A stretch of DNA of 64,000 nt from an uncultured Bacilli bacterium (GCA_910576925.1 CAJTKB010000002.1:419-64418), one strand, 5' to 3'. Shown: positions 11,234 to 22,195, numbered from the stretch's first letter. Numbers and translations are program-made. The notes: a model not told the origin generated them from the letters alone.

Positions 11234-13141
11234 TTACTCACCTAATAGAAGTCTAACCATAGTTCCTTCTTCAACACTAGTACCAGCTTCTGGTGATTGT
11301 CCAACAACTTTTTCTCCACTACCAGCATATTCAATTGTAAAAGTAGTTAAAGCTTTTTTAGCCTCATCTACGCTCATTCCAACTACATTAGGAACTTTAT
11401 ATACTACTTTATCTGACCATTCAAGATCTTTTTCGATTTGATTTTTTTGTCTCTCAATTCCTAATGCATCAATAATATCTAATAAAATCCTTCTAGCAAT
11501 AGGTGTCGTTGTATAACTTGAAAGCATTGCAGTATGTTTAGGATTATCTATTGCAAGATAAAATACAGCTTCAGGATCATTAGCAGGCACAATTGACATA
11601 AATGACATAATATAATTATTAACTAAATATTGACCATTCTCAACCTTTTGAGCTGTTCCAGTTTTTCCACCTATTCTATAACCATCAATATATGCAGAAC
11701 GTCCTCCTCCTAAAGCTACAACATTCTCAAGAGCTCTTCTCATAATATTAGAGGTCTTTTTACTTATAACTTTTCTAACTAATTTTTTATTATTTTCTTT
11801 TATAACATTTCCTGATTCCTTCTCTAAAATATTTTTCACAACATAAGGAGTATATAAATTCCCACCATTAACAACTGCTGATACTGCTGTTACTTGTTGA
11901 ATTGGAGTAACACTTATTCCTTGACCAAAAGCTGTAGTTGCAAGTTCTATATTACCAACTCTTGATAACGGAAATATTATTCCCTTTCCTTCTCCACTTA
12001 AATCAACTCCTGTTTGAGCACCAAAACCAAATTTATCAAGATAAGAAAATAATCTATCTTTTCCAAGTTCCTGCCCCATTTTTACAAATCCTGGGTTACA
12101 AGAATTTTGAAGAACTTCCATAAAAGTTTGAGCTCCATGTCCACCAGCCTTCCAGCATTTTATTACAGCAGTATCAACTTTAACCTTACCAGCATCATAA
12201 AAATGATCATTATCAAGGTCTACTACTCCTTCCTCAACAGCTGCAGCAGTAGTTATAATCTTTTGAGTGGAACCAGGCTCATACGTTGCCCATATTGGCA
12301 AATTACGGCTTAATACTTCCTGCGAATACTGTTGATAATTATTAGGATCAAAATTAGGCCTACTACTCATTCCATAAATCTCACCAGTATTAGGATTCAT
12401 AACAATAGCAAGAGCCATATCAGGAGAAAACATATCAACAACATTATCAAGCTCCCTTTCTAATGACTGTTGAATATTAATATCAATAGTTAATTGTATA
12501 TCCATTCCATCTTGAGGTTCTAAATAAACATCAGCTAAATCAAGTTTATTACCCTTAGCATCAGAAAAATATTTAATAGCACCACTTTCTCCTGTTAGAT
12601 ATTTATCATACTGAAGTTCAAGTCCAGATAACCCCTGATTATCAATGCCAACATAACCTAAAACGTGTGATAAAAGAGCTCCATATGGATAGTTTCTCTT
12701 AGACTCTTTAACAAGATAAACACCATCTAACTTTAAATCACTTATTTTCTGAGCTATTTCATAACTAAGTCTTCTTCCTTCTGGATGTACTCTTTCAATG
12801 GAAGTAACTTTACTAACATGAGCATACATCTCTTTATAACTAACACCTAAAATCTCTGAAAGTTTTGTAGCAGCATCCTTCTTATCTTTAATTTGATTAG
12901 GTACAACTACAAGAGAAGTTGTAGTTAAGTTATCTGCAAGAACTACTCCATTTCTATCAAGTATTCTCCCTCTATTAGCTTCAACTGGTAAATCTCTACT
13001 CCACAAATCATTCGCAAGAGCAGATAATTTCTTATAATCAAATATTTGAACATAAAATACTTTTAGTATTATTAAAAAAAATGCTAAAAATAGAAAAAGT
13101 ACAAATATTTTAATTCTCTTATCTATATTTTTTAAGAACAT
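11234..13141 (-). CDS. class B penicillin-binding protein (SpoVD/FtsI-like) with a C-terminal PASTA domain
   Basis: STQK (SxxK), SCN (SxN) and KTGT motifs, an N-terminal TM and a C-terminal PASTA-like segment. It lies immediately upstream of mraY. Confidence 0.85.
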   Translation of the reverse strand: MFLKNIDKRIKIFVLFLFLAFFLIILKVFYVQIFDYKKLSALANDLWSRDLPVEANRGRILDRNGVVLADNLTTTSLVVVPNQIKDKKDAATKLSEILGVSYKEMYAHVSKVTSIERVHPEGRRLSYEIAQKISDLKLDGVYLVKESKRNYPYGALLSHVLGYVGIDNQGLSGLELQYDKYLTGESGAIKYFSDAKGNKLDLADVYLEPQDGMDIQLTIDINIQQSLERELDNVVDMFSPDMALAIVMNPNTGEIYGMSSRPNFDPNNYQQYSQEVLSRNLPIWATYEPGSTQKIITTAAAVEEGVVDLDNDHFYDAGKVKVDTAVIKCWKAGGHGAQTFMEVLQNSCNPGFVKMGQELGKDRLFSYLDKFGFGAQTGVDLSGEGKGIIFPLSRVGNIELATTAFGQGISVTPIQQVTAVSAVVNGGNLYTPYVVKNILEKESGNVIKENNKKLVRKVISKKTSNIMRRALENVVALGGGRSAYIDGYRIGGKTGTAQKVENGQYLVNNYIMSFMSIVPANDPEAVFYLAIDNPKHTAMLSSYTTTPIARRILLDIIDALGIERQKNQIEKDLEWSDKVVYKVPNVVGMSVDEAKKALTTFTIEYAGSGEKVVGQSPEAGTSVEEGTMVRLLLGE

Positions 13142-13256
13142 AATATCACCTAATGATAGATATGAACCAAAAACAAAAAAAAGAACATTTATGTAAAAAC
13201 AAAAAGTTCCAAAATTTGCAAAAATTATATTTAATACATATTAAGATTACTAATCT

Positions 13257-13730
13257 TTAATTCTTATATTTTCCTACAGAACTGTTAGATTTAACATAAG
13301 CAGTATTTTTATTTACTTGTTCTAAAACCTTTTTAGTATATAACACTAAATCAGTTTTACCAGTCTCTTCAATTCTTACTAGTTTAGAATTTTCTCTATT
13401 ACTCCTATTTTTTAAATAATAATTATTATGTTGTCTTACCAAAATGTCAAACCTATTTATATAAGTATTATACTTTTCAATTTTTTCTACTAATCTCTTA
13501 CATAAGAAAGAACTATCTGCTTTATCCCTAATATGTGAAAATATATTTTCCAACTCTTTATCTGTAAAACTACTTTTTTCAGGAAGTAAATCTGGAAAAA
13601 CACAACGTATTTGTAAATATAAAATATCATTTATTATTACATTTCTTAACATATTTAAATACTCTTGTCTATCTAAATAGCCTATTTCTGGAAAATCTTT
13701 ATTGTCATTTTCATTCACATTATCATTCAT
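13257..13730 (-). CDS. hypothetical protein
   Basis: ORF only. I recognise no motifs. Confidence 0.35.
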   Translation of the reverse strand: MNDNVNENDNKDFPEIGYLDRQEYLNMLRNVIINDILYLQIRCVFPDLLPEKSSFTDKELENIFSHIRDKADSSFLCKRLVEKIEKYNTYINRFDILVRQHNNYYLKNRSNRENSKLVRIEETGKTDLVLYTKKVLEQVNKNTAYVKSNSSVGKYKN

Positions 13731-13890
13731 TTAATCCCCTCCTTTATACGTTTCAAGATTATAACATAAAAATTGAAAAAGCACAAGATTTTTCTCACAT
13801 TTCCACAATTTCCCAAACAAAAAACTATTAATAAATATTTTTATTAAATTATATATTTATTAATAGCATATTATTATCAGCAAACAAACT

Positions 13891-14136
13891 TTAACATTTT
13901 TCTATTTCAAACTTAACATATTGATTATTTTTCAATGAACTTGCTTCCTGTAAAAGTGTTCTAATCGCATTAATTACTTTGCCATCTTTCCCAATAACCC
14001 TACCAATGTCAGCTTCATTTACTTTAGCTATAAGCACGATAACTCTATCGTCACTTTCATTCATTTCTACTACAACACTATCTGTATAAAAAACGATAGA
14101 TTTAATCAAAAATTCAGCTAATTCTTTTAAACTCAT
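13891..14136 (-). CDS. KH-domain RNA-binding protein (YlqC-like)
   Basis: 81-aa protein with VIGKDGKVINAIRTL (GxxG KH loop). It lies immediately downstream of rpsP, as in other Firmicutes. Confidence 0.7.
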   Translation of the reverse strand: MSLKELAEFLIKSIVFYTDSVVVEMNESDDRVIVLIAKVNEADIGRVIGKDGKVINAIRTLLQEASSLKNNQYVKFEIEKC

Positions 14137-14139
14137 ATA

Positions 14140-14430
14140 TTATTTTACCTTTTTATTTTTAGAGTCAGCAAATTTTTTCATAATTCCAGCTTTACTAAAT
14201 AAATTTCTAACAGTATCAGTTGGAATAGCTCCAGTATTTAACCATTTTAGTGCAACTTCTTCATTTATCTTAGTTTCAGTTTCATCACAAGGATAATAAT
14301 TTCCTATTAACTCTAAATATTCTCCATCTCTTCTTGCACGTGAATCTGTTGCAACTATTCTATATCTAGGATGTCCTTTAGCACCCATTCTTGTTAATCT
14401 TATTTTAACTGCCATATTAAATTCCTCCAT
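14140..14430 (-). CDS. rpsP: 30S ribosomal protein S16
   Basis: [21 protein letters not shown]...[16 protein letters not shown] closely matches the bacterial S16 consensus. Confidence 0.9.
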   Translation of the reverse strand: MEEFNMAVKIRLTRMGAKGHPRYRIVATDSRARRDGEYLELIGNYYPCDETETKINEEVALKWLNTGAIPTDTVRNLFSKAGIMKKFADSKNKKVK

Positions 14431-14535
14431 TTCTAAATCAACTATAGAATATCACAACTCAATCTAGCTGTCAACATATTTTGGTTAACACATTTAAAGA
14501 TGCTATTTATCTAATTTCAATACTAAAAAAATAAA

Positions 14536-14997
14536 TCAATTTAAATTATCTGTAGAGCCAAAGCCACCAGTTCTATTTCCTGTAGCATTATCTAAATCTA
14601 CCAGCAAATATTTTTGAAATATTACTTGTCCTATTACATCACCCTTATGAATAACTATTTCTTCATTTTTTATATTATAATATTGAAAATAAAAATGTCC
14701 TTCATTTGTTTCATTATTATAATAATCCTTATCAATTATGCCAACACTATTAGCCATTACAAGTCCCTTTTTAGGTCCACTACTTCTATTCAACAGCATA
14801 TAAAACTCATCATCCATACAATAAGCTTTTAAACCAGTAGGAATTAGTGTTGGTTTTTCACCTAATTTAAACGGTGGTATAACAACATCCTCTGCTGCTT
14901 GAACATCATATGCTGCAGCAAATTTCGTACTCCTAACAGGTAGATTTATTCCTTTATTTTTATACTCTTCTACTATTTCAAAACCTCTTTTTCTCAT
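14536..14997 (-). CDS. dut: dUTP diphosphatase
   Basis: C-terminal motif RTGGFGSTD (dUTPase motif 5). The 153-aa size also fits. Confidence 0.7.
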   Translation of the reverse strand: MRKRGFEIVEEYKNKGINLPVRSTKFAAAYDVQAAEDVVIPPFKLGEKPTLIPTGLKAYCMDDEFYMLLNRSSGPKKGLVMANSVGIIDKDYYNNETNEGHFYFQYYNIKNEEIVIHKGDVIGQVIFQKYLLVDLDNATGNRTGGFGSTDNLN

Positions 14998-15284
14998 ATT
15001 TCTTCTCCTTCAATATCTTATTATTATCTATATATAAAATTTTCTTATTTTCCTTGTTATCCCAAATATATCCTACATAACAGCAAATACTTTTATTTAT
15101 GTATCAAAAATAAAAATCTAGAAAAAGATCAACTAATAGAAAAAAATGGAAAACCAATAAAATCGATATAAACTATTTACATAATGTATACATTTATGAT
15201 ATATTTTAATAGCTAACAGATATCACAATGTTAGCATAATATTTATTTTCTGTTTTCTTTTTTTATATTACTATACTCCTTTTA

Positions 15285-15327
15285 GTGAGTATACTCTATT
15301 AGCCATATGACTAATAGAGTTTTTTTA
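15285..15327 (+). terminator. intrinsic terminator-like hairpin (ACTCTATTAGCC-ATATG-ACTAATAGAGT followed by a T7 run) on the plus strand
   Basis: Perfect 11-bp stem followed by TTTTTTT. A second short hairpin sits just upstream. No plus-strand CDS lies upstream. Confidence 0.5.
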
Positions 15328-15364
15328 ATTAAAAGAAGATTTATATCATATCAATATAAACCTA

Positions 15365-15613
15365 TCATTTTAAAACTACATATATAATATAAGATATAAT
15401 TCCTATAAAAGAAAGAATAGCAATAACCATCAAAATTTTTCTTCTATTATTCCTCTTTTTAAAAATAAATGAATTTTCTTTAAAAAGTTTTTTCCTATCT
15501 CCATATTTTTTTAAATAATTTTTATTAAGAGGATTACTATAATTTAATTCTCCACATCTTAAACAACAACGCTCTTCTTCTTTCATTTCATTACCACATT
15601 TAGGACATTTCAT
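15365..15613 (-). CDS. small zinc-ribbon membrane protein
   Basis: CPKCG...CLRCG gives a Cys4, and there is a C-terminal TM. Confidence 0.4.
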   Translation of the reverse strand: MKCPKCGNEMKEEERCCLRCGELNYSNPLNKNYLKKYGDRKKLFKENSFIFKKRNNRRKILMVIAILSFIGIISYIIYVVLK

Positions 15614-15658
15614 TAGTTATCTCTCCTATTCTCTTTTATTATAACATCTAATATTATT

Positions 15659-18600
15659 TTAGAAAAGAGAGAGTTGATTAGAATCTGGAAGATCTGCAAG
15701 TATACCCATATCACTCATTTTAGCTATCAAGGTTTGTGATACTTTTCCTCTAGTTTGTACATCTTCTTTACTAATAAAGTTACGCTCCTTACGTTCTTTT
15801 ACAATAGTCGCCGCAACAGTAGTACCAAGTCCATCAATAGTAGAAAATGGTGGTATCAATGTATATTCGTCATCCTCTTTTTTTATAAATTTTGTTGCTT
15901 CACTTTTTTCAAGATCGATATTTGCAAACTTTATACCACGACAAACTGCTTCAAGTGCAATCTTCAAAGTTTCTATAATATTAGTTTCTTTATTAGTAGC
16001 TTCAAATCCTTTATTTTGTAAATCATTAAGTCTCTCTCTTATAGCATCTTCTCCTTTAATCATCGCTTCAATATCAAAATCATCAACTCTAATAGAGAAA
16101 AATGCAGCATAATAATTATATGGTTGATAAAGTTTAAACCAAGCTATACGTATAGCACTCATAACATAAGCACAAGCATGAGCCTTAGGAAACATATACT
16201 TAATCTTATGACAAGACTCTATATACCAATCAGGAATATTAGCCTCTTTCATCATTTGAGCCCAATTCTGCCAAGTAGCAGGATCTTTGGAAGGTTTTCC
16301 TTTACGAACAAACTCCATAATTTTAAAAGCAATCTTTGGTTCCATTCCCCAATTCATCAAGCTAACCATAATATCATCACGACAACCAATAACTTCTTTA
16401 AATGGAACTATTCCTTTTTCAATTAACTCTGAGGCATTCCCAGCCCAAACATCAGTTCCGTGAGAAAGTCCCGATATTTTAACAAGTTCGGAGAAAGTTT
16501 TTGGCTTTGTTTCCTGAAGCATTGCAATAACAAACTTAGTACCAAGCTCAGGAAGTCCCAAAGTACCAGTTGGACACATAATTTGCTCTTCAGTAACCCC
16601 CAAAGCTTCAGGACTAGATAAAAGTGAAAACACCTTAGTATCATCCATAGGAATAGTAGTAACATCAACTCCAGACAAATCCTGAAGCATTCTAAGTACT
16701 GTCGGATCATCGTGTCCTAGAATATCTAGTTTTAATACATCTTGATCAATTGCATGATAATCAAAATGAGTAGTACGCCATTCTGCCGTTACTTCATCTG
16801 CTGGAAATTGAAATGGAGTAAAATCAAAGACATCCATATACTTTGGAATAACTACAATTCCCCCTGGATGCTGTCCTGTTGTTCTCTTAACACCAGTACA
16901 ACCAATAGCAAGTCTTTCCACCTCAGCATTCCTAATATCAACTATACCATGCTCTTCAGCCCAACCTCTAACATAACCAAAAGCTGTTTTTTCAGCAACT
17001 GTACCAATAGTACCAGCTCTATAAACATTATCCTCTCCAAACAACACTTTAGTATAAGCATGCGCACTAGCCTGATTATCACCAGAAAAATTAAGATCTA
17101 TATCAGGAACTTTATCACAATTAAATCCCAAGAAAGTGGCAAAAGGCATATCTTGTCCCTCTTTTCCTAACTTCTCACCACATTTTGGACAAATTTTATC
17201 TGGTAAATCATATCCACTAGCAAGTTCTTTTCCATAAGCTACACCATTCTCATCATTAAATTCAGAATATTTACAATTATAACAAAGATAATGAGCTGGA
17301 AGTGCATTAACTTCAGTTATCCCCATCATACAAGCAACAAAACTTGAACCAACTGAACCACGAGAACCAACTAGATATCCCTCATCATTTGAATGTTTAA
17401 CAAGTTTTTGAGAAATCAAATAAATTACATCAAACCCTCCACCAATAATTCCCTTCAATTCGGATTTAATTCTATCTTCTATATTTTGAGGAAGTGGATT
17501 ACCATACATACTATGTGCCTTATCATATACCATATTACGAACAATTTCACTACAATTTTCTATTTTTGGAGAAAAAGGAATACCACCTGTATCAATTATT
17601 ACTTCAATATCTTGAGCCATATCAAGTATTTTATTCGAGTTTTCTATAACTAATTTTTTTATTAAATTTGAATCATCTAAAAATTTAAAATTTTCTAACA
17701 TTTCTTCAGTAGTTCTCAAATGATTACTTGGAATGTCTTTAATTCCATTACGTGCTAGCGGATGCCTTCCTCCACCTGGTACTTTCTGATTTACAATTAT
17801 CTCCCTATAAATTTTATCATCTCTTTTTATATGATGAACATCTCCTGTTGCCACAATAATTTTTCCAGCTTCCTCTGTCGTCCTAATAATCTTTTTAAGA
17901 TGTTCTGAAAGCTCATACTCATTTGTAAAATCATTACTTTGTATTAAATGATTGTAACATTCTAAAGGTTGAACTTCAACATAATCATAAAATCTAATAA
18001 TATTAGTAAGTTCTTCTTCACTTTTACTTCTAGCTTCTCTAAACACTTCAGACTCATAGCAACCACTTCCAATTAAAATACCATTTCTATTTTTTTCAAT
18101 TTCACTTCGAAGAATTCTAGGTGTCTTATAAAGATATTTAGTATTAGCAAGTGATATTAATCTAAACATATTTTTAAGTCCGATCTTATTTAGTGCCAAA
18201 ATATTTATATGATAACTTTTTCCGTATTTATGAATTTCATCTTTACTAACAAGAGTATCAAGTTGATCCATTCTCTCAATATTACGATTATCGAGCTTTT
18301 TTAACATTTTATGAAAAACTAATGCTGTTCCTTCAGCATCATAATCACCTCTATGATGACAATCTTCATCCCAAGGAACATCATATCTTTTAATAATCGC
18401 AGAAAGTGAATGTCTAGAGTAATTATTATCAAGAGTACGTGAAAGCTCTAATGTATCAATTACTGGATTAGTATATTCACCTAAATTATACTTTCTATAG
18501 CACATTTCCAAAAATGAAACATCAAACTTTGCATTGTGAGCCACCATAGGTAAATCCCCAAACCATTCAATAAATCTTTTTATAGCATTTTCTTCATTAT

Positions 18601-20101
18601 CTTTATCTTCTAACATTTCATTAGTAATATTAGTAACATCAGTAATTGTCTGCTTTAACGGATTAGGTGGTTTAATTAATTCATCATATTTTTCAATTAT
18701 TTCCCCATTATGTATTTTAACAGCACCTATTTCTATAATAGAATCAGCTCCACCAGCATTAAATCCAGTAGTCTCAAAATCAAAAACTACATATGTCTGT
18801 TCTAATAAATTCTTATTATTAGGCCTAATTACAATATCAACAGTATCATCAATCAAAGTTAATTCTGTTCCGTATATAACCTTGAATGGTTCTTCTCCAT
18901 CTTTTAATTTCTTATTATGACCTTTAACAAGATTAAAAACATGAGGAAAAGACTGACAACCATTATGATCTGTTATTGCAATACCCTTGTGTCCCCATTT
19001 AATAGCCTGTTTTACCAATTCCTCTTCATCAGCCACACCATCCATTTGACTCATTTTAGTATGAGTATGCAATTCTACTCTTTTTATAGGACTAGTATCA
19101 ACAATTTCCTCCTCCTCATCATGCTCTACTGCCATTATATCTCTCGCATTAAGCACAAGTTCTCTACTAAAAGAATCATCTTTAGTAGCACCTCTAATCT
19201 TTAGCCATTTACCACTTTTTAACTCTTTACAAAGTCTAATATATTCATCATTATCTCTTACAAATACCTTACAATAAATACTATCTGTATAATCAGTAAC
19301 TTTTAAAGTAATAATCTTAAAATCACTTTTACTAGATTCAAAATACTCTACTCCAAATATTTGAGCCTCTACTACTATATTATTATCAACTCCTAAAATT
19401 GTTTTAATTTTTATAGGTTCATCTTTAATAGCAAAGCCTATAATACTATTAGGATCAGTCTCTTTTTTTCTATACTTTTGTTTATCCTTAGAAACATCAT
19501 TATTAACTTGTTGAGTATTAGAATTACTTTCTTTTGAAGAAGAATTTTTCTTAATATTATTTATACTCTCTTTTAAATTTTCCTCTATTTTTTCTTTAAT
19601 AGAATTCTCCTTTTTTAATATAACAGAAATATCTTTTCTAAATCCTAATCTATAAAACTCGCTTTTTATAACTTCCAAAGCCTGATTAAGTTTTAATTCC
19701 TCTACATTATTATCAGCAACTAAAGTGAAATTATCATTTTTTATCTCTAAAGACTCTAAATAAATATTTGGTACAGTTAAAATATCTTTCGCTTTTTTTA
19801 ATACAAAAGGATATAACTCTTTAAATCCTTCAATCTCCATATTTTCAATTTCAAAAGATATTGTAATATTATCAATATCATCAGAAAAATTATACTTTTT
19901 TTCTTCCAATTCTTCCAAAGCCTCAATACAAATAGGCTTATCTTTTTCTATAAATATTTGACAATCTCTTCTTTTATTAAATAATTTTATTTTTATTAAC
20001 CTACAGTCCTCTAGTAAATTATAATGGTCTCTAGTAAAATCAATTCTTTCTAATAATAGTCCCATTTTCTCATCCATTATAATTACCTCCCTGTTATCCA
20101 A
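15659..20101 (-). CDS. polC: DNA polymerase III PolC-type (Gram-positive replicative polymerase)
   Basis: 1480-aa protein with an internal 3'-5' exonuclease domain (VVFDFETTGF, HNAKFDVSFL), a PHP domain and a polymerase core. Confidence 0.95.
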   Translation of the reverse strand: MDNREVIIMDEKMGLLLERIDFTRDHYNLLEDCRLIKIKLFNKRRDCQIFIEKDKPICIEALEELEEKKYNFSDDIDNITISFEIENMEIEGFKELYPFVLKKAKDILTVPNIYLESLEIKNDNFTLVADNNVEELKLNQALEVIKSEFYRLGFRKDISVILKKENSIKEKIEENLKESINNIKKNSSSKESNSNTQQVNNDVSKDKQKYRKKETDPNSIIGFAIKDEPIKIKTILGVDNNIVVEAQIFGVEYFESSKSDFKIITLKVTDYTDSIYCKVFVRDNDEYIRLCKELKSGKWLKIRGATKDDSFSRELVLNARDIMAVEHDEEEEIVDTSPIKRVELHTHTKMSQMDGVADEEELVKQAIKWGHKGIAITDHNGCQSFPHVFNLVKGHNKKLKDGEEPFKVIYGTELTLIDDTVDIVIRPNNKNLLEQTYVVFDFETTGFNAGGADSIIEIGAVKIHNGEIIEKYDELIKPPNPLKQTITDVTNITNEMLEDKDNEENAIKRFIEWFGDLPMVAHNAKFDVSFLEMCYRKYNLGEYTNPVIDTLELSRTLDNNYSRHSLSAIIKRYDVPWDEDCHHRGDYDAEGTALVFHKMLKKLDNRNIERMDQLDTLVSKDEIHKYGKSYHINILALNKIGLKNMFRLISLANTKYLYKTPRILRSEIEKNRNGILIGSGCYESEVFREARSKSEEELTNIIRFYDYVEVQPLECYNHLIQSNDFTNEYELSEHLKKIIRTTEEAGKIIVATGDVHHIKRDDKIYREIIVNQKVPGGGRHPLARNGIKDIPSNHLRTTEEMLENFKFLDDSNLIKKLVIENSNKILDMAQDIEVIIDTGGIPFSPKIENCSEIVRNMVYDKAHSMYGNPLPQNIEDRIKSELKGIIGGGFDVIYLISQKLVKHSNDEGYLVGSRGSVGSSFVACMMGITEVNALPAHYLCYNCKYSEFNDENGVAYGKELASGYDLPDKICPKCGEKLGKEGQDMPFATFLGFNCDKVPDIDLNFSGDNQASAHAYTKVLFGEDNVYRAGTIGTVAEKTAFGYVRGWAEEHGIVDIRNAEVERLAIGCTGVKRTTGQHPGGIVVIPKYMDVFDFTPFQFPADEVTAEWRTTHFDYHAIDQDVLKLDILGHDDPTVLRMLQDLSGVDVTTIPMDDTKVFSLLSSPEALGVTEEQIMCPTGTLGLPELGTKFVIAMLQETKPKTFSELVKISGLSHGTDVWAGNASELIEKGIVPFKEVIGCRDDIMVSLMNWGMEPKIAFKIMEFVRKGKPSKDPATWQNWAQMMKEANIPDWYIESCHKIKYMFPKAHACAYVMSAIRIAWFKLYQPYNYYAAFFSIRVDDFDIEAMIKGEDAIRERLNDLQNKGFEATNKETNIIETLKIALEAVCRGIKFANIDLEKSEATKFIKKEDDEYTLIPPFSTIDGLGTTVAATIVKERKERNFISKEDVQTRGKVSQTLIAKMSDMGILADLPDSNQLSLF

Positions 20102-20987
20102 TCTCTTCTATTTTTATATTAATAGTATTATCCTCTTCCTCATAATTATCATTTTCATCTTCAAAAAAATGCTCATCACAATATTTAATAAATATATATA
20201 AGTTTTTCTTATACAAATATCTATTATCATCTAGTTCTATTAAAATATTTTTATCTATGTTAATTCCATCTTTAGGTAGATATGTATCTATTTCTTCTAT
20301 TCTAACACCTAAGTACATTAAAAAACACAAATATATTTTTGTTTTCAATTTATTATCATTAAGAACATAACTACCACTACCAGTAACTCTTCTTTTAATT
20401 TCACATAAAAGAAAGTCAAGAACTATATCAATTATATTCTTATTATTTAACTCATCCTTAAAATATTCTAAAGATTCCTTTTTATATATATTATAAATTA
20501 TATCAAAAATCGAATCTAAATCAGGTAGGTCTTTACCATAACAAATAACTTTACTCAAAAATTCTTCATACTCTACTACTTTCAATCTAGGATCAACTAT
20601 TAAAACAAGATAATCATCTACTTCTAGTCTTGTAATATTTCTACATTCATTTAATATATTTGTTTTTTCTATATCAAAAATTCTATTTAGTGTAAATTTA
20701 TATTTTGATGCGATTTTTAAACATTCTTTATATTCATTATCGTCCCTCATAATATTATATACTGTATCATCATTTGGAATATAGTTTGTAGGATCCTTTA
20801 AAATATTTACTCTTTCCGTTTGTAATTCACCATATTGTCTCTTATAATTTAGCCATATTTTTTGTTTTTTCTCATTTAAAGCCTTGGATAAAGATTTTCT
20901 AAAAAGTAAATTCCACATTAATATATATTCATTTAAAACAAACTTCAAGTTCATAACAACCACCCTAACTAATCTAATAATAAACAA
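20094..20987 (-). CDS. hypothetical protein. The true start is probably an internal Met around 20955.
   Basis: ORF only. Its 3' end overlaps the polC start by 8 bp. Confidence 0.35.
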   Translation of the reverse strand: MFIIRLVRVVVMNLKFVLNEYILMWNLLFRKSLSKALNEKKQKIWLNYKRQYGELQTERVNILKDPTNYIPNDDTVYNIMRDDNEYKECLKIASKYKFTLNRIFDIEKTNILNECRNITRLEVDDYLVLIVDPRLKVVEYEEFLSKVICYGKDLPDLDSIFDIIYNIYKKESLEYFKDELNNKNIIDIVLDFLLCEIKRRVTGSGSYVLNDNKLKTKIYLCFLMYLGVRIEEIDTYLPKDGINIDKNILIELDDNRYLYKKNLYIFIKYCDEHFFEDENDNYEEEDNTINIKIEEIG

Positions 20988-21013
20988 TTAAAATTTAAAA
21001 GTAAAGCTCTTTT

Positions 21014-21862
21014 CTAAAAACTTTGAACTAAAAAATATACAAGAACTCCAACTAGTGCTATTAAAAGTATTAATAAAAGAATTTTAAATATAGCAGGAAC
21101 TTTCTTTTCTTCTTCAAAACTTGTATCAATATCAAAGTCTTTATCCGATAAATCCATAGATCTTGTATAAAAAGATTGATCCATATCCTTTAAAATTGAC
21201 TTTTCTGGAGTATCTGGTTGATAACTATCCTTCTTATCTTGTACTTTATCTAAGAAATCTTTATCAATCACTTCGATATTAGTATCACTTTTTTGGCTTT
21301 CTATCGCATCCTCTTTATCTGTAGCCATCAAATCACTAAGTAAGTTAACAGAAGTTGCCTGATCTATTTCTCCTTTTAATGTTTTAGAAGTAATTGTATT
21401 AATTAATTCTTTTACAGAATCCTTATCTGGTACAATTTCTTTATTCTTTATCTTTTTATATTTTTCTATTTCTTCTTTTGTTAAAAAGTAATCTTCAAAA
21501 GATGCTTTCTTTTTGTTTTCATTCTTAGGAGGAAGACTTCTCTTAGCTTCTTCAATCGCTGTATTAATATCATATATTCTGTTTCCTCTTTCTTGATATA
21601 AGTAATTAAAATCATCTAGTTCTTTTCTTACAGGTCTATACTCTACAAAATCTGCATAATCCTTTGTCCTCTGATAACTCTCTCTAGTATTAACCTTTCT
21701 AGATTTTAACTCTACAGCATTACTATTTCTAACATCAGTAATTGTAGTATATCTAGCATTATTATCAAGGGAAGTATAAAGTTCTTCATTTTTAGAACTT
21801 CTAGTAGCACCAGTATCACTAATTGATCTATACCTATCCATTCTACTTCCCATACAACTCAC
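21014..21862 (-). CDS. hypothetical membrane-anchored protein with an acidic, Lys-rich soluble domain and a C-terminal TM
   Basis: ORF with a C-terminal hydrophobic helix (AIFKILLLILLIALVGVLVYFLV). Confidence 0.35.
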   Translation of the reverse strand: MSCMGSRMDRYRSISDTGATRSSKNEELYTSLDNNARYTTITDVRNSNAVELKSRKVNTRESYQRTKDYADFVEYRPVRKELDDFNYLYQERGNRIYDINTAIEEAKRSLPPKNENKKKASFEDYFLTKEEIEKYKKIKNKEIVPDKDSVKELINTITSKTLKGEIDQATSVNLLSDLMATDKEDAIESQKSDTNIEVIDKDFLDKVQDKKDSYQPDTPEKSILKDMDQSFYTRSMDLSDKDFDIDTSFEEEKKVPAIFKILLLILLIALVGVLVYFLVQSF

Positions 21863-21976
21863 CTTCCTATATACTTATAAAATAATTTTACCATACATAT
21901 TTATTAATTAGAAGTATAAATTTTCTTTACGACATAGTTTTTTTCTGATAAAATTTAATGGAAGGGAGAATTAATT

Positions 21977-22195
21977 ATGAAAATAAAAGTAAATGAAGAA
22001 GCTTGTATTAGTTGTGGTGCTTGTGAAGCCATTTGTCCAGAAATTTTTGAATTAAATGATGAAAGAATTTCTACTTGTAAAAAAAATGATATTACAAAAG
22101 AAAATGATGAAATAAAAGATAATGTAAGAGAAGCTATGGAATCTTGTCCAACTGGAGCAATAGTAGAAGATAACACTGAAGATGAAAACAAATAA
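21977..22195 (+). CDS. 4Fe-4S ferredoxin
   Basis: CISCGACEAICP ... CPTGAI cluster-binding motifs in a 72-aa protein. Confidence 0.8.
   Translation: MKIKVNEEACISCGACEAICPEIFELNDERISTCKKNDITKENDEIKDNVREAMESCPTGAIVEDNTEDENK

Noticed and set aside
21955-22191. Minus-strand 78-aa ORF overlapping the ferredoxin gene
   Set aside because: It is antisense to a ferredoxin with canonical CxxCxxC...CP motifs and has no RBS, so it is spurious.
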